Source of the DNA: a virus
IMG/VR virus record: IMGVR_UViG_3300032286_000719
Span: 48,820-112,819 of that record
DNA length: 64,000 bases
Reading direction: 5' to 3' (one strand)
The translations under genes and the position numbers were made by a program. This document shows positions 18,574-27,567 of the stretch, piece after piece (position 1 is the stretch's first letter; each line of letters starts with the position of its first letter). The notes beneath the pieces are model-generated. The model searched no databases. It saw only the letters and a list, made by a program, of their open reading frames with translations, and was not told the origin of the DNA.

Positions 18574-19337
18574 ATTGGTTGTATTAATCCATTATTAAAA
18601 TAAGTTGGTAGTATAATCCATCCTTTGCAGTACATATCTGCCCATGATGATGGTCCTTCAGGTCCAAACCATGTCTCTGGTGCAACAACAATCTTTCCAG
18701 GTTGTCTAGATAGATAAGCTGCCCACCAACTAAACGATGAGTTAGATATAACAAAGTGATGACACATACTCATGATCCACAATTGTTCATGCACTTTCAA
18801 TCCTTCTAGATACATTGCATTAGGTATGTTCAAGTGTTCTTTACACCATGGAATATCATCACTAGCAATGATATATTGATTAGAAGGAACTAATGTTAAT
18901 GCCTTGTGTATGTATTCTGGTGAGACTGTAGGATGATAATTAGGGTAGTGGAGATAATCTCCTTTACGAACATTGATCACTGTCACCTCTGTATTAAAGA
19001 TGACAGGAATCTCTGTACGTATTTTATCTATAAATTCTTTTGGAGGAGAGAATAAAGATTTAACTGCTTCGCTATACTTCTCAAAATATCTTTCACTTTG
19101 ATAGTATCCACCATATACAGTTGCTTTATTATCTTTAACCTCATTAGGATGATCTATATATAAATCTAGTTTTCTAAATATATTATCTACAAAGTCACCC
19201 ATATGCCCCACTTGTTTGGCAGGAACAATAAGTTGTCTATTTTCATCTAAAGCTCTAGCGTAAGCATTAGCTATCATGAATAGATTATTACCTAGTCTTC
19301 CTCCCAAAGAGGGCATTATGAAATCTTTGTTTATCAT
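18570..19337 (-). CDS. glycosyltransferase family 11 (alpha-1,2-fucosyltransferase-like)
   Basis: 'GRLGNNLF', 'GYYQSERYF', 'NVRKGDY', 'SDDIPWCK', 'SNSSFSWWAAYL'. Confidence 0.9.
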   Translation of the reverse strand: MINKDFIMPSLGGRLGNNLFMIANAYARALDENRQLIVPAKQVGHMGDFVDNIFRKLDLYIDHPNEVKDNKATVYGGYYQSERYFEKYSEAVKSLFSPPKEFIDKIRTEIPVIFNTEVTVINVRKGDYLHYPNYHPTVSPEYIHKALTLVPSNQYIIASDDIPWCKEHLNIPNAMYLEGLKVHEQLWIMSMCHHFVISNSSFSWWAAYLSRQPGKIVVAPETWFGPEGPSSWADMYCKGWIILPTYFNNGLIQPI

Positions 19338-19627
19338 TACCAGATGTGAACAATATCAAATATAGAAACTAACAAAACATCTTCTGTAGCTGATAAAGGA
19401 ATTACAAAAGTTTTGTCTCTCAACGCTGATGGATCTACTAACACTTCACAACCAACAACAAGATCTGGATCTGTAATAGCTGTTCCTACACTATGAACTT
19501 TTAATCTGTTCATTTTATTAAGCAATGCTTTTTGTAAAGATTCTTTTGTATTATCATCTACAATCACTTTGCTCTCTTCTTTCTTTGGCATCTCTAAGTA
19601 GATGCGATTTCCTAATAACTTTGCCAT
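19337..19627 (-). CDS. GroES-like co-chaperonin
   Basis: 'LLGNRIYLE', 'VHSVG', 'VGCEVLV', ~96 aa. Confidence 0.6.
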   Translation of the reverse strand: MAKLLGNRIYLEMPKKEESKVIVDDNTKESLQKALLNKMNRLKVHSVGTAITDPDLVVGCEVLVDPSALRDKTFVIPLSATEDVLLVSIFDIVHIW

Positions 19628-19902
19628 TATTTTAATTCAAATAGGTTAATAAATCTTTTTGCATCCTCTGCATTCAATGTGATCTCTGATTGAACAGTCT
19701 CACGAATATTTTTGTATCCCTTCATCTTATTGGTTTTAAGATCAATGTCAGGTTGTTGTGTAACTCTCTCATTGAAATCATCTAGTATGACAATAAGGCC
19801 TGCCTCATCGTTCTCTAATGTTCTAATCACCTTGTTGATGTTTAAAGAAGCTGTGTACTCCTTCTCGCCAATAATAGCTGTGTAAAAAAATTGGTTTTTC
19901 AT
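19627..19902 (-). CDS. hypothetical protein
   Basis: Coupled ORF. Confidence 0.5.
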   Translation of the reverse strand: MKNQFFYTAIIGEKEYTASLNINKVIRTLENDEAGLIVILDDFNERVTQQPDIDLKTNKMKGYKNIRETVQSEITLNAEDAKRFINLFELK

Positions 19903-19913
19903 ATTTTAATTGT

Positions 19914-20096
19914 TTAAACGCTTACTACTAAATTCCAACATACATCTACAGCAGGAGGAAAAGTTTCTCCTTTTGTTAGAGCAATAAACTCTTTACCACT
20001 TCTGTATATACCACTCACAGGAGCTTTTTTTCCTGTAGTTCCTATAACATCTTCGCCAGTTGCTTCTAACAAAGACAATAAAATCTTTTTAATCAT
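19914..20096 (-). CDS. YjzC-like small protein
   Basis: 'TGKKAPVSGIY...KGETFPP...W'. Confidence 0.6.
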   Translation of the reverse strand: MIKKILLSLLEATGEDVIGTTGKKAPVSGIYRSGKEFIALTKGETFPPAVDVCWNLVVSV

Positions 20097-20108
20097 GTTT
20101 TTTTGTTT

Positions 20109-20756
20109 TTAATTATATTCTAAGTCTAATATTTTACCTACTAAATCACTTCTGTGATTAGCTTTAAGTTTAATCCATTCTATTCCCTCTATCTTCTTAG
20201 AGAGTTCTATAGCATAAGACAGTCCAGTGTATGATTCCTTTATGTCTTTTTGTTCGTTATCACCATTGATGATAATCTTACCTGTCTTACCAAGTCTTGT
20301 TAGAATTGCAAGCATCTCAGTTTTAGTTAGATTCTGTGCTTCTTCTACAACAAGAATATCATCTATTGTTTTACCTCTAATAAACTGTATAGGATAGGCA
20401 AGCACTCTCTTGTTTTTAACAAGCTCTTGTATCTTTAACTTATCATAACACTTCTCAAGGTTTTCCTGAAAAGCTTCTAAGTAAGGATTGAACTTATCTT
20501 CAAGATCACCTGGCAAAAACCCTAATGATCCACCCACCTCAATTGTAGCTCTTGTAATGTATATATGATTACATTGCTTCTTCATTAAGAAATCTAGAGC
20601 TGCTTGTGCACACACTAAAGACTTACCACTTCCTGCTCTACCAGTTACAATAACAATCTGATTGTCTATTATAAGCTGTTTAGCAAGCTTTTGTTCTTCG
20701 TTAAGTGTGACATTGTATTTAATCTCACTCTTTCTTTCCCTGTTAGCTTCTTTCAT
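20109..20756 (-). CDS. phoH: PhoH family ATPase
   Basis: 'GRAGSGKS', 'LGFLPGDLEDK', 'FIRGKT', 'EEAQN', 'LTRLG', 'NGD'. Confidence 0.92.
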   Translation of the reverse strand: MKEANRERKSEIKYNVTLNEEQKLAKQLIIDNQIVIVTGRAGSGKSLVCAQAALDFLMKKQCNHIYITRATIEVGGSLGFLPGDLEDKFNPYLEAFQENLEKCYDKLKIQELVKNKRVLAYPIQFIRGKTIDDILVVEEAQNLTKTEMLAILTRLGKTGKIIINGDNEQKDIKESYTGLSYAIELSKKIEGIEWIKLKANHRSDLVGKILDLEYN

Positions 20757-21195
20757 ATTTGGTCAATAAATGATTACGTCTTTTATTCACCTCTTCATAT
20801 CTATACATGTCATTTTCGACATTAGAATGCTCCTCTAGCGTCAAAAGTATAATATTTTCTTCATCTAGACAAGCATCAGGGTATTTTTCTTTAGGAAGTA
20901 TGTGATGGAAGTATGTGGACATAGGTTCTTTACCTAGATAGGCACCACTCACTTCTGAATGGTGCTTTCTCTTTTTCCATATTCCAAGAAACATTTCTCT
21001 TTGCATGATATGTTTGTTATTCTGGACATTTTTAGGCTTTTTGTTTGAAATAACAGACATTTGATGGGATTTTCCATCACTAACCTTCTTTTTAGCAGTT
21101 AGTGATGGTTTATTCCCACGTTGTAGTTGTGTTCTTGGTTTATGCTGAAAGCAATAATCGCTATCAGAATTCTTTCCACATGTCTTACACTTCAT
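20743..21195 (-). CDS. HNH-fold nuclease-like protein
   Basis: N-terminal CxxC...C..H; 'HHILPK..YP.....ENIILLT.EEH'; start taken at MKCKTC. Confidence 0.6.
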   Translation of the reverse strand: MKCKTCGKNSDSDYCFQHKPRTQLQRGNKPSLTAKKKVSDGKSHQMSVISNKKPKNVQNNKHIMQREMFLGIWKKRKHHSEVSGAYLGKEPMSTYFHHILPKEKYPDACLDEENIILLTLEEHSNVENDMYRYEEVNKRRNHLLTKYERS

Positions 21196-21394
21196 CTTTA
21201 GGTGTACAACTGCAAGAGTCTTTCCATGGAGCATTTACCTTTTTACATCTAGGACATTCCCATGCTAAATCATATCTTGGATTTACAGGACAGCTACACA
21301 TTTTTGGTGCAAATGTACTATTCCATGTGTAAGGCATTGTTTTGTATCCCTGACAATTAGGACACAGCTGAGGGTGATCAAAATTACTTATCAT
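21185..21394 (-). CDS. small Cys-rich Zn-finger protein
   Basis: CPNC, CSC, 'WECPRCKKVNAP..SCSC'. Confidence 0.55.
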   Translation of the reverse strand: MISNFDHPQLCPNCQGYKTMPYTWNSTFAPKMCSCPVNPRYDLAWECPRCKKVNAPWKDSCSCTPKDEV

Positions 21395-21867
21395 AAGTGT
21401 ATTTGTATTTTACGTGTTTCACATCCCATTTTGTGTATTCCAGCTGGTTGATTACAATAAGCACATTTCTCTGTAATGATCTTATATCCAGTATCTATAC
21501 GTTTGAAATCTTTCACTACATACTTCTTGAATCCAAAGCTGTCCATTGGCATACCTCTAGTAATGTAGGGCCCACCACTTGGATCGATCATATCAATCTC
21601 ATCTTTCAGTGTGTCAACCATCTTAACGTACTCAGGATAATCATATGTAAGAGTTTCATCATCCCATTGATGTACAGCTTTCTTAAATTCCTCTAATGGC
21701 ATTGGTGTTTCTACATCATTACAATATGCCTCATATGCTCTTGTGTAATCATTAGGCATACCAAACCTGCAATATTTAAAATCACCTTCCCACAAAATGT
21801 CGTGATTTTCATCTCTTGTAAAGGTGAACACATCACCATACCTGTTTTTATATGTTCTTGGTTCCAT
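21391..21867 (-). CDS. hypothetical protein
   Basis: 'YKNRYGD.FTF', 'MIDPSGGPYI'. Confidence 0.55.
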   Translation of the reverse strand: MEPRTYKNRYGDVFTFTRDENHDILWEGDFKYCRFGMPNDYTRAYEAYCNDVETPMPLEEFKKAVHQWDDETLTYDYPEYVKMVDTLKDEIDMIDPSGGPYITRGMPMDSFGFKKYVVKDFKRIDTGYKIITEKCAYCNQPAGIHKMGCETRKIQIHL

Positions 21868-22943
21868 TACAAATCAAATAAGTCAGTTGGTGGTGTAGGA
21901 GCAACTAATTCTTCATCCTCTACTTCTATTTCCTCAATAGGAAGATCAGCTTCGTTAATCTTAGCTATAATCTTCTCTCTTAGTTCATCATAGAATTCTG
22001 GATTGTCTACAACAAGCTGCTTGAATTCATCTAAGTCATACTTAGTTCCATCAATAGTCATTGTCTTACCATACTTTCTACCTATCTCAAATTCATTAAG
22101 AAGGCTCATCATCTCATCAAGAATATCAATACCCTTGCCATATACAATCTCAAACTCTGATTTTCTATATGGAGGAGACATTTTGTTCTTGATAGCTTTC
22201 AACTTGGTAATGTTACCATAGTTTACATCACCTTCTTTAGCCAATGTTCTAGACACTTCTATACGAACATCTGCATAGAATTTCAATGCATGACCACCCT
22301 GAGTTGTTGTAGGATTACCAAACATAACACCTATCTTCTCTCTATATTGGGATATTACGATAACACATGTGTTATGTTGTGATAGAGCACCTTTTAACTT
22401 TGGATAAGCATTACTGTTCAATAAAGCTTTTCTACCTATTGTAGAGTCTCCTACATCACCATCAAGCATCTTTTTAGGAATCAATGATGAATCTGAATCT
22501 ATGATTACAAGATCAATCTCTCCTGTGTTAATCATTTCCATAGCAATGTTGAAACCCTCTTCACCACATGATGGTTGAGCAATCAACATTTTGGTTGTGT
22601 CCACTCCTAATTTCTTGAAGTAGTTCTTATCAACAGCATGCTCACCATCGATATACAATACAGTACCTCCTAGTTTCTGACATTCTGCTGCAGCATGCCC
22701 ACAGATTGTAGACTTACCTGTACCTTCCCATCCCATAAGCTCATATAGCTTACCTTTTACAAACCCTCCTACACCAAGAGTGATGTGATCAAAACCAATA
22801 CTCCCTGTACTGATAACATCATAATCTCCTCCTGCTTTAGAGTCTAGTGCTAGAATTGAACCAACACCATACTTCTTGTTTAAACTTTCGATTGCTGCTA
22901 GACATTTGCTTTCAGCTTCTTTTTTTTCTGCTTTCTTTGCCAT
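21867..22943 (-). CDS. recA: RecA recombinase
   Basis: 'ISTGSIGFD..LGVGG', Walker A 'GWEGTGKST', 'IDGEHA', 'QYREKIGVMFGNPTTTQGGHALKFYADVRIEV'. Confidence 0.95.
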   Translation of the reverse strand: MAKKAEKKEAESKCLAAIESLNKKYGVGSILALDSKAGGDYDVISTGSIGFDHITLGVGGFVKGKLYELMGWEGTGKSTICGHAAAECQKLGGTVLYIDGEHAVDKNYFKKLGVDTTKMLIAQPSCGEEGFNIAMEMINTGEIDLVIIDSDSSLIPKKMLDGDVGDSTIGRKALLNSNAYPKLKGALSQHNTCVIVISQYREKIGVMFGNPTTTQGGHALKFYADVRIEVSRTLAKEGDVNYGNITKLKAIKNKMSPPYRKSEFEIVYGKGIDILDEMMSLLNEFEIGRKYGKTMTIDGTKYDLDEFKQLVVDNPEFYDELREKIIAKINEADLPIEEIEVEDEELVAPTPPTDLFDL

Positions 22944-23088
22944 TATTTAATTGTTTTAATTATTGTTTAAAGTTACTAATTTTTTTTGTTATTGTCAAGT
23001 TTTTTCCATCATTTACTTGACTTTTTGTGGTAAGATAGACCCCAATTTTTAGGGTTTATTTATCTATGATTGGTAATTAATTGAGGTT

Positions 23089-23120
23089 AAAAAAGCCCCA
23101 GATTTCTCTAGGGCCTTTCC
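23089..23120 (-). terminator. intrinsic terminator
   Basis: - strand AAAGGCCCTAGA-GAAA-TCTGGGGCTTTTTT. Confidence 0.7.
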
Positions 23121-23149
23121 AGCAATTAAAAAACAGAACAGAAATTAAA

Positions 23150-23317
23150 TCAATCCACCCTTAGAGTGGTATTTCCTTTTATACGTTCATTGTATGGGCA
23201 GTGCGTACACTTACCACCACAACATGGACCTCTTTCTTTAAGATATTCTTTAGTAAACACAACTCTCCCATCTTCTAAATAGTAGTCTTTTCCTTCTACA
23301 AACTGTTTATCTTCCAT
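23150..23317 (-). CDS. 55-aa Cys-rich protein, DUF5522-like
   Basis: Translated by hand: '...DYYLEDGRVVFTKEYLKERGPCCGGKCTHCPY...'. Confidence 0.7.
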   Translation of the reverse strand: MEDKQFVEGKDYYLEDGRVVFTKEYLKERGPCCGGKCTHCPYNERIKGNTTLRVD

Positions 23318-23487
23318 TATATAGAATTTTTTCTATTCATTGATGAATGGACAATGATTTCTCCTTTCTTAAATAATCTATCAACACTAGTGATGTTTAG
23401 ATTAAACATACTTGAAATTTCTAAAGATGTCAGTGTAGGATATCTTTCTTTATATTCAAATATTAGAAGTTGAGTTTTGATTGTCAT
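23317..23487 (-). CDS. 56-aa putative HTH protein
   Basis: Translated by hand: 'YPTLTSLEISSMFNLNITSVDRLF'. Confidence 0.45.
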   Translation of the reverse strand: MTIKTQLLIFEYKERYPTLTSLEISSMFNLNITSVDRLFKKGEIIVHSSMNRKNSI

Positions 23488-23728
23488 TGTTTCTAATTTG
23501 TTTTAATATTACACTCTCATCTTCATATACATATCTATACTTAGATTCTCTATATTGATCTAATATGAAAGCGTTATCATGTTTAGTAAGTCTTCTAAAG
23601 AATATTCCTTTATCATTATGTGTTTCTACAGCTAGAATGAATCTGCTGTCATCATATCCACAAACTACACCAGAATAATTAGAATGCGTTACTACTTTTT
23701 CTTTATACTGATTGAATAGGCGTTCCAT
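23456..23728 (-). CDS. hypothetical protein
   Basis: Coupled ORF. Confidence 0.5.
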   Translation of the reverse strand: MERLFNQYKEKVVTHSNYSGVVCGYDDSRFILAVETHNDKGIFFRRLTKHDNAFILDQYRESKYRYVYEDESVILKQIRNNDNQNSTSNI

Positions 23729-24041
23729 CTTTACTTAGGTTTAAGCTCTTCAATCTGTTCTCTAACTCATATTCCACCTTTAGAATAAAGTTGATCTTTT
23801 CTTCGAGCTCTTGGTTAATAATTCTACCTACAAATGGCAATATGTCTTCAAGGTTTGTATACACTCTGGCTAATCCATATTTAGTCTTTACTTGACTAAA
23901 TTCAAATCCTGGAATCTTTATAAGATCATTAAATATTTGATCTACATATATAAGTACAGAGGGCTCATTGATATCCATTCCATAATGGCCTTCTTCAATG
24001 TATTCCTTATACTTCTCGTTAAATTCTTTGCTTGTTCTCAT
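23703..24041 (-). CDS. hypothetical protein
   Basis: 'QVKTKYG.ARVY' motif of a type seen in phage proteins. Confidence 0.5.
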   Translation of the reverse strand: MRTSKEFNEKYKEYIEEGHYGMDINEPSVLIYVDQIFNDLIKIPGFEFSQVKTKYGLARVYTNLEDILPFVGRIINQELEEKINFILKVEYELENRLKSLNLSKDGTPIQSV

Positions 24042-24096
24042 TGGTTTTTAAAATTGTAGGGAGACAAATATAATTCATCTCCCTGATTAATCCTAA

Positions 24097-24516
24097 TTAT
24101 TCTTCTACTATTTCCTCACCTGTCACTTCTATTTCTTCAACAACAGGTGTTAGTTTATTCTCTAAGATTTCAAAAGCTTTTTCTATAGCAGCATGTTCTG
24201 CTTCTTTTCTAGATTTACAAACACTGTTTTGAGTATGTCCAGGAGATATTTCCCAGCTCCATTCTACAATTTTATTAGCAGACTTTTCTATGTTTATACA
24301 TATATCATTTTCATCAAATACATCAAATAGTATTCTGACGTTCACATCAATCAACTTACCCACTTTATCATCTTCTATTCCTTGCTCAAGCATAAACTGC
24401 TTGAATTCCTCAGGAACGCTCTGATCTTTAAATGATTCTAACATTGATCTCATAAACCAATCTTTAACTATATTTTTAGCTAAAGGGTATTTTTCTAAAA
24501 GTTCTAATCCAGTCAT
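24097..24516 (-). CDS. hypothetical protein
   Basis: ATG start, in operon. Confidence 0.5.
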   Translation of the reverse strand: MTGLELLEKYPLAKNIVKDWFMRSMLESFKDQSVPEEFKQFMLEQGIEDDKVGKLIDVNVRILFDVFDENDICINIEKSANKIVEWSWEISPGHTQNSVCKSRKEAEHAAIEKAFEILENKLTPVVEEIEVTGEEIVEE

Positions 24517-24699
24517 ATTATTTTGTTTTTAATTGTTTATTTAATTCTTTTGCTGCATCAGCCCACCAGTCTCTTTCGAAATCAAGTTCACTGAGTGGAT
24601 CAAGATCTTTACATGCATTATATCTAATGTCATACATTAGACTTGCTAGGCGACAGAATTCTGCAGCTTTCTCTGTCCCCACTTCTTCTATAATAACTT

Positions 24700-25278
24700 C
24701 TAACACTTCTCTGTTGCACATAGTTCTTTTATTTTATCGATTTCTAAAGTTTCTTTTGTTTCATCAAATATATCCCAGAGCTCATAATCTTCTCCAAGAG
24801 TTATCTTTAAATTCATACCAAGTCTTTCTTCCCAATACTCAATTAAATCATCAGTTCTCATAAAAACTCTAGCTTGCAAACTCATTGCTTCTTTGATATC
24901 TCCTTCTCTAACAATCTTTACTAGTCTTGGAAATTCACTTTGAAAAGATTTTGATGTCTTAGAATATTTACCTTCCTTGATAAGATTAAAATCCTTTTTA
25001 TACTTATCATTAAGTTGATACACCACTACGACATACCCATCTTCATAATCATAATCCTCGATTACAGCTTTGGTTCTTTCATATTCTTTATCTAAGAACT
25101 CTCTAAACTTATCAAGGTTTTCAGGTTTGAAGAGCACATACACAGAATTATCATATTGTATGTCTCTTTCACCATCTTTTATATAGCCATTTATGAATCC
25201 ATTTTCCTTTAAGTTTTCTTTAGGAATCTTAAGTGTAGGAACCATAAATATGCTAGTTATTGTTTTTTCTACTGTCAT
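24700..25278 (-). CDS. conserved hypothetical protein of the replication block
   Basis: 'FINGY', 'EGKYSK'; coupled to the nuclease. Confidence 0.5.
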   Translation of the reverse strand: MTVEKTITSIFMVPTLKIPKENLKENGFINGYIKDGERDIQYDNSVYVLFKPENLDKFREFLDKEYERTKAVIEDYDYEDGYVVVVYQLNDKYKKDFNLIKEGKYSKTSKSFQSEFPRLVKIVREGDIKEAMSLQARVFMRTDDLIEYWEERLGMNLKITLGEDYELWDIFDETKETLEIDKIKELCATEKC

Positions 25279-25279
25279 T

Positions 25280-26332
25280 TTATCCTTTAATGTTTACCAC
25301 GCCATTAGACAAATAGTTTTTGTGGCTTATAGTCCATGTACCAGTTGTTACACACCAAGACAATGCAGCAATAAGATCTCCCACACCAGGATAGGTTCTT
25401 CCTTTATGTACAAATCCTTCATATGCATCATTCATGTCATTTAGATCAAGAGTGTATATAAGAGGTTGATAGTAGTTTGTGCTATCACATACAATAAACT
25501 TCAGATATTCTACATTATACCCATAATAAGGACTGTCTTCATCTCTTACAAGATGTATCATTGCATGAAAATATAAGTACGCTTGGATGTACGCTCTCCT
25601 GTACAAGTAATATTCTTCATAGAAGTTTTCTACACTCCATGTACATTTAAGATCATATGGTTGTATAGTCTTTTCTTTATGATCTATCACCACTTTATCA
25701 AGCATACTCTTAAATGGATGCTCATCGATTGTATATCCTTCCACTTGCATCTGGTCTATGATTTCATATCTAGAGCTATTAGTCAAGTTTACAATTGGTG
25801 CTGTTGTAGTGTTGATTCTAAGCTGTTCTACAATCTTCTCAGCAATAGATATTTCCATTGTATTCACCACTGTCAAATTCTTGCTTCTAACAGTACGTAT
25901 TTCATTGTAATAGATCTCAGCATCACTTCCTACAAACTTACTTATTACAGCTTCATATTTGATTTTGAATCCAGAATCTTTATATGCTGCTTCTAATAAT
26001 TCATTCATAGGTGTTTTCACTATACCATCTTCATCTGTAGCATCTCTTGTATGTTTATACAATGCCTCAACAAAGTCTAGCATAAGTCCTGTTGGTGCAG
26101 AAGTACAAGATGACATATAAAACTTATCATCAAATAGATGAGGTTCCATAAGTAGGGTTTCGACTATGCGACCCATATTAGCTGATGAGCTATCTTTGTC
26201 TTCTACCTTCTCTCCAAGAATGTATTTCTTGTAATACTTCTTTCTGTCTTGAGAGAAATCTTTCAATGAACTAGAGCTGTCCATTTCCACTGCTCTGTAT
26301 TGAGCTTCTGTTTTTGCTGTTCCTTTTATCAT
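25280..26332 (-). CDS. PD-(D/E)xK exonuclease (RecE/ExoVIII-like)
   Basis: 'SSSSLK', 'KSMLDKVVIDH...YDLKCT', 'YIQAYLY'. Confidence 0.75.
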   Translation of the reverse strand: MIKGTAKTEAQYRAVEMDSSSSLKDFSQDRKKYYKKYILGEKVEDKDSSSANMGRIVETLLMEPHLFDDKFYMSSCTSAPTGLMLDFVEALYKHTRDATDEDGIVKTPMNELLEAAYKDSGFKIKYEAVISKFVGSDAEIYYNEIRTVRSKNLTVVNTMEISIAEKIVEQLRINTTTAPIVNLTNSSRYEIIDQMQVEGYTIDEHPFKSMLDKVVIDHKEKTIQPYDLKCTWSVENFYEEYYLYRRAYIQAYLYFHAMIHLVRDEDSPYYGYNVEYLKFIVCDSTNYYQPLIYTLDLNDMNDAYEGFVHKGRTYPGVGDLIAALSWCVTTGTWTISHKNYLSNGVVNIKG

Positions 26333-26536
26333 AATGTTTGTTTAAATGCTTCTATAATTTGTGGATACAAAGCTCGTATCTCCCTTGGTACTCTATTGAA
26401 AAACCATCTCACTTCTAATTCATACTGATCGCCATTTGGATCTAGTCCTTGTGGATGTATCAACCAGAAGTAATGATATTTTCCTTGATGCTCTATGTGA
26501 CCTTCATGCCACACTTCGTTAAACGAAGGCTCTTTG

Positions 26537-26887
26537 TTAATCGTTATTGCATTCTTCATCTTGTATTTGTTTTAAATCTTCATCTATTCTTCTTAAAAAT
26601 GATTCTTCACCATCATCTCCTGATATTAACCAATCCATTCTTTGTATATACACTTGAGCTATTTTAATAGCTTCAGCTGCCTTTTTAAACTGTTCAATCA
26701 CTTCTTGAGGATATTCGTAGTGATTCAAGTCTTCTGGATATTTTTCATACCAGTCATCATCATGCCATCTTTCCTCTTTTAGTTCTTGTTCAGTTTTGGG
26801 CTTACCATTTTGTTTAATAAGCCTTTCTATGTCATCTATTACATCAGTAAATCTATACTGTATGTAGTCCCAATGTCCTCCACTCAT
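26537..26887 (-). CDS. hypothetical protein
   Basis: 'MSGGHWDY...DWLISGDDGEESF' phage family pattern. Confidence 0.6.
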   Translation of the reverse strand: MSGGHWDYIQYRFTDVIDDIERLIKQNGKPKTEQELKEERWHDDDWYEKYPEDLNHYEYPQEVIEQFKKAAEAIKIAQVYIQRMDWLISGDDGEESFLRRIDEDLKQIQDEECNND

Positions 26888-27116
26888 AACTCCACTGTAT
26901 CAGGATTCCAAGGATATCCATATAATCTATAACGTGAGTCACCTGTTCCAAACCATTGGGATATGGAATCTCTCTCACTAACAAGTTGTTCAGGAGATAG
27001 CGTCATTATATCTCCTTTATGCATAATCTCCATGTTTTTACCAAGTCTTATGCATTGTTTTACTTTTTCTTCTGTTACCTCAGCATTACCATTGTAAAGC
27101 TTTTTTGATTCTACTC

Positions 27117-27506
27117 TCATTTTGTTTTAATTTTAGATTGTTTTTCTTTTAATGTTTTTTTATCGTGACATGTAGTACACAAACATTGTAGGTTGTCTTG
27201 TTCACAGAACAATCTCTCCACAAACTGTGGCAGATCGTTAGCACAATTCAGACTACCTGCAGGAATGATATGATCTACATTGATATTCTTTTCAGGATGC
27301 CATGTTTTACACTTCTTACATTGGTATTCGTACTTCTGACGTTTATTTACACCCTTGTATAATCTACGTGCATTTATTTTACATACTGATATGGGCTTCC
27401 ACCATCTACTCTTCTGTCTCAAAGCACTTCTGATGAATGACCAAAACATTGCTTCGCTCATTGTACCATCACATCTTGTCTTTGGGACCAACACTCTCTT
27501 TGCCAT
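27117..27506 (-). CDS. HNH endonuclease
   Basis: 'YQCKKC', 'VDHIIP', 'NLQCLCTTCHDKKT'; start taken at MAKRVL. Confidence 0.85.
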   Translation of the reverse strand: MAKRVLVPKTRCDGTMSEAMFWSFIRSALRQKSRWWKPISVCKINARRLYKGVNKRQKYEYQCKKCKTWHPEKNINVDHIIPAGSLNCANDLPQFVERLFCEQDNLQCLCTTCHDKKTLKEKQSKIKTK

Positions 27507-27567
27507 GTAATTATAATTAAGTTTCGTCCCAAATTTAGTAAAAATCTGGGACAAAACTATAATTAAA

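Noticed and set aside
21062-21079. Palindrome TGATGGGATTTTCCATCA inside the HNH-like ORF as an inserted mobile palindromic element
   Set aside because: Single imperfect copy with no second instance found; could be chance
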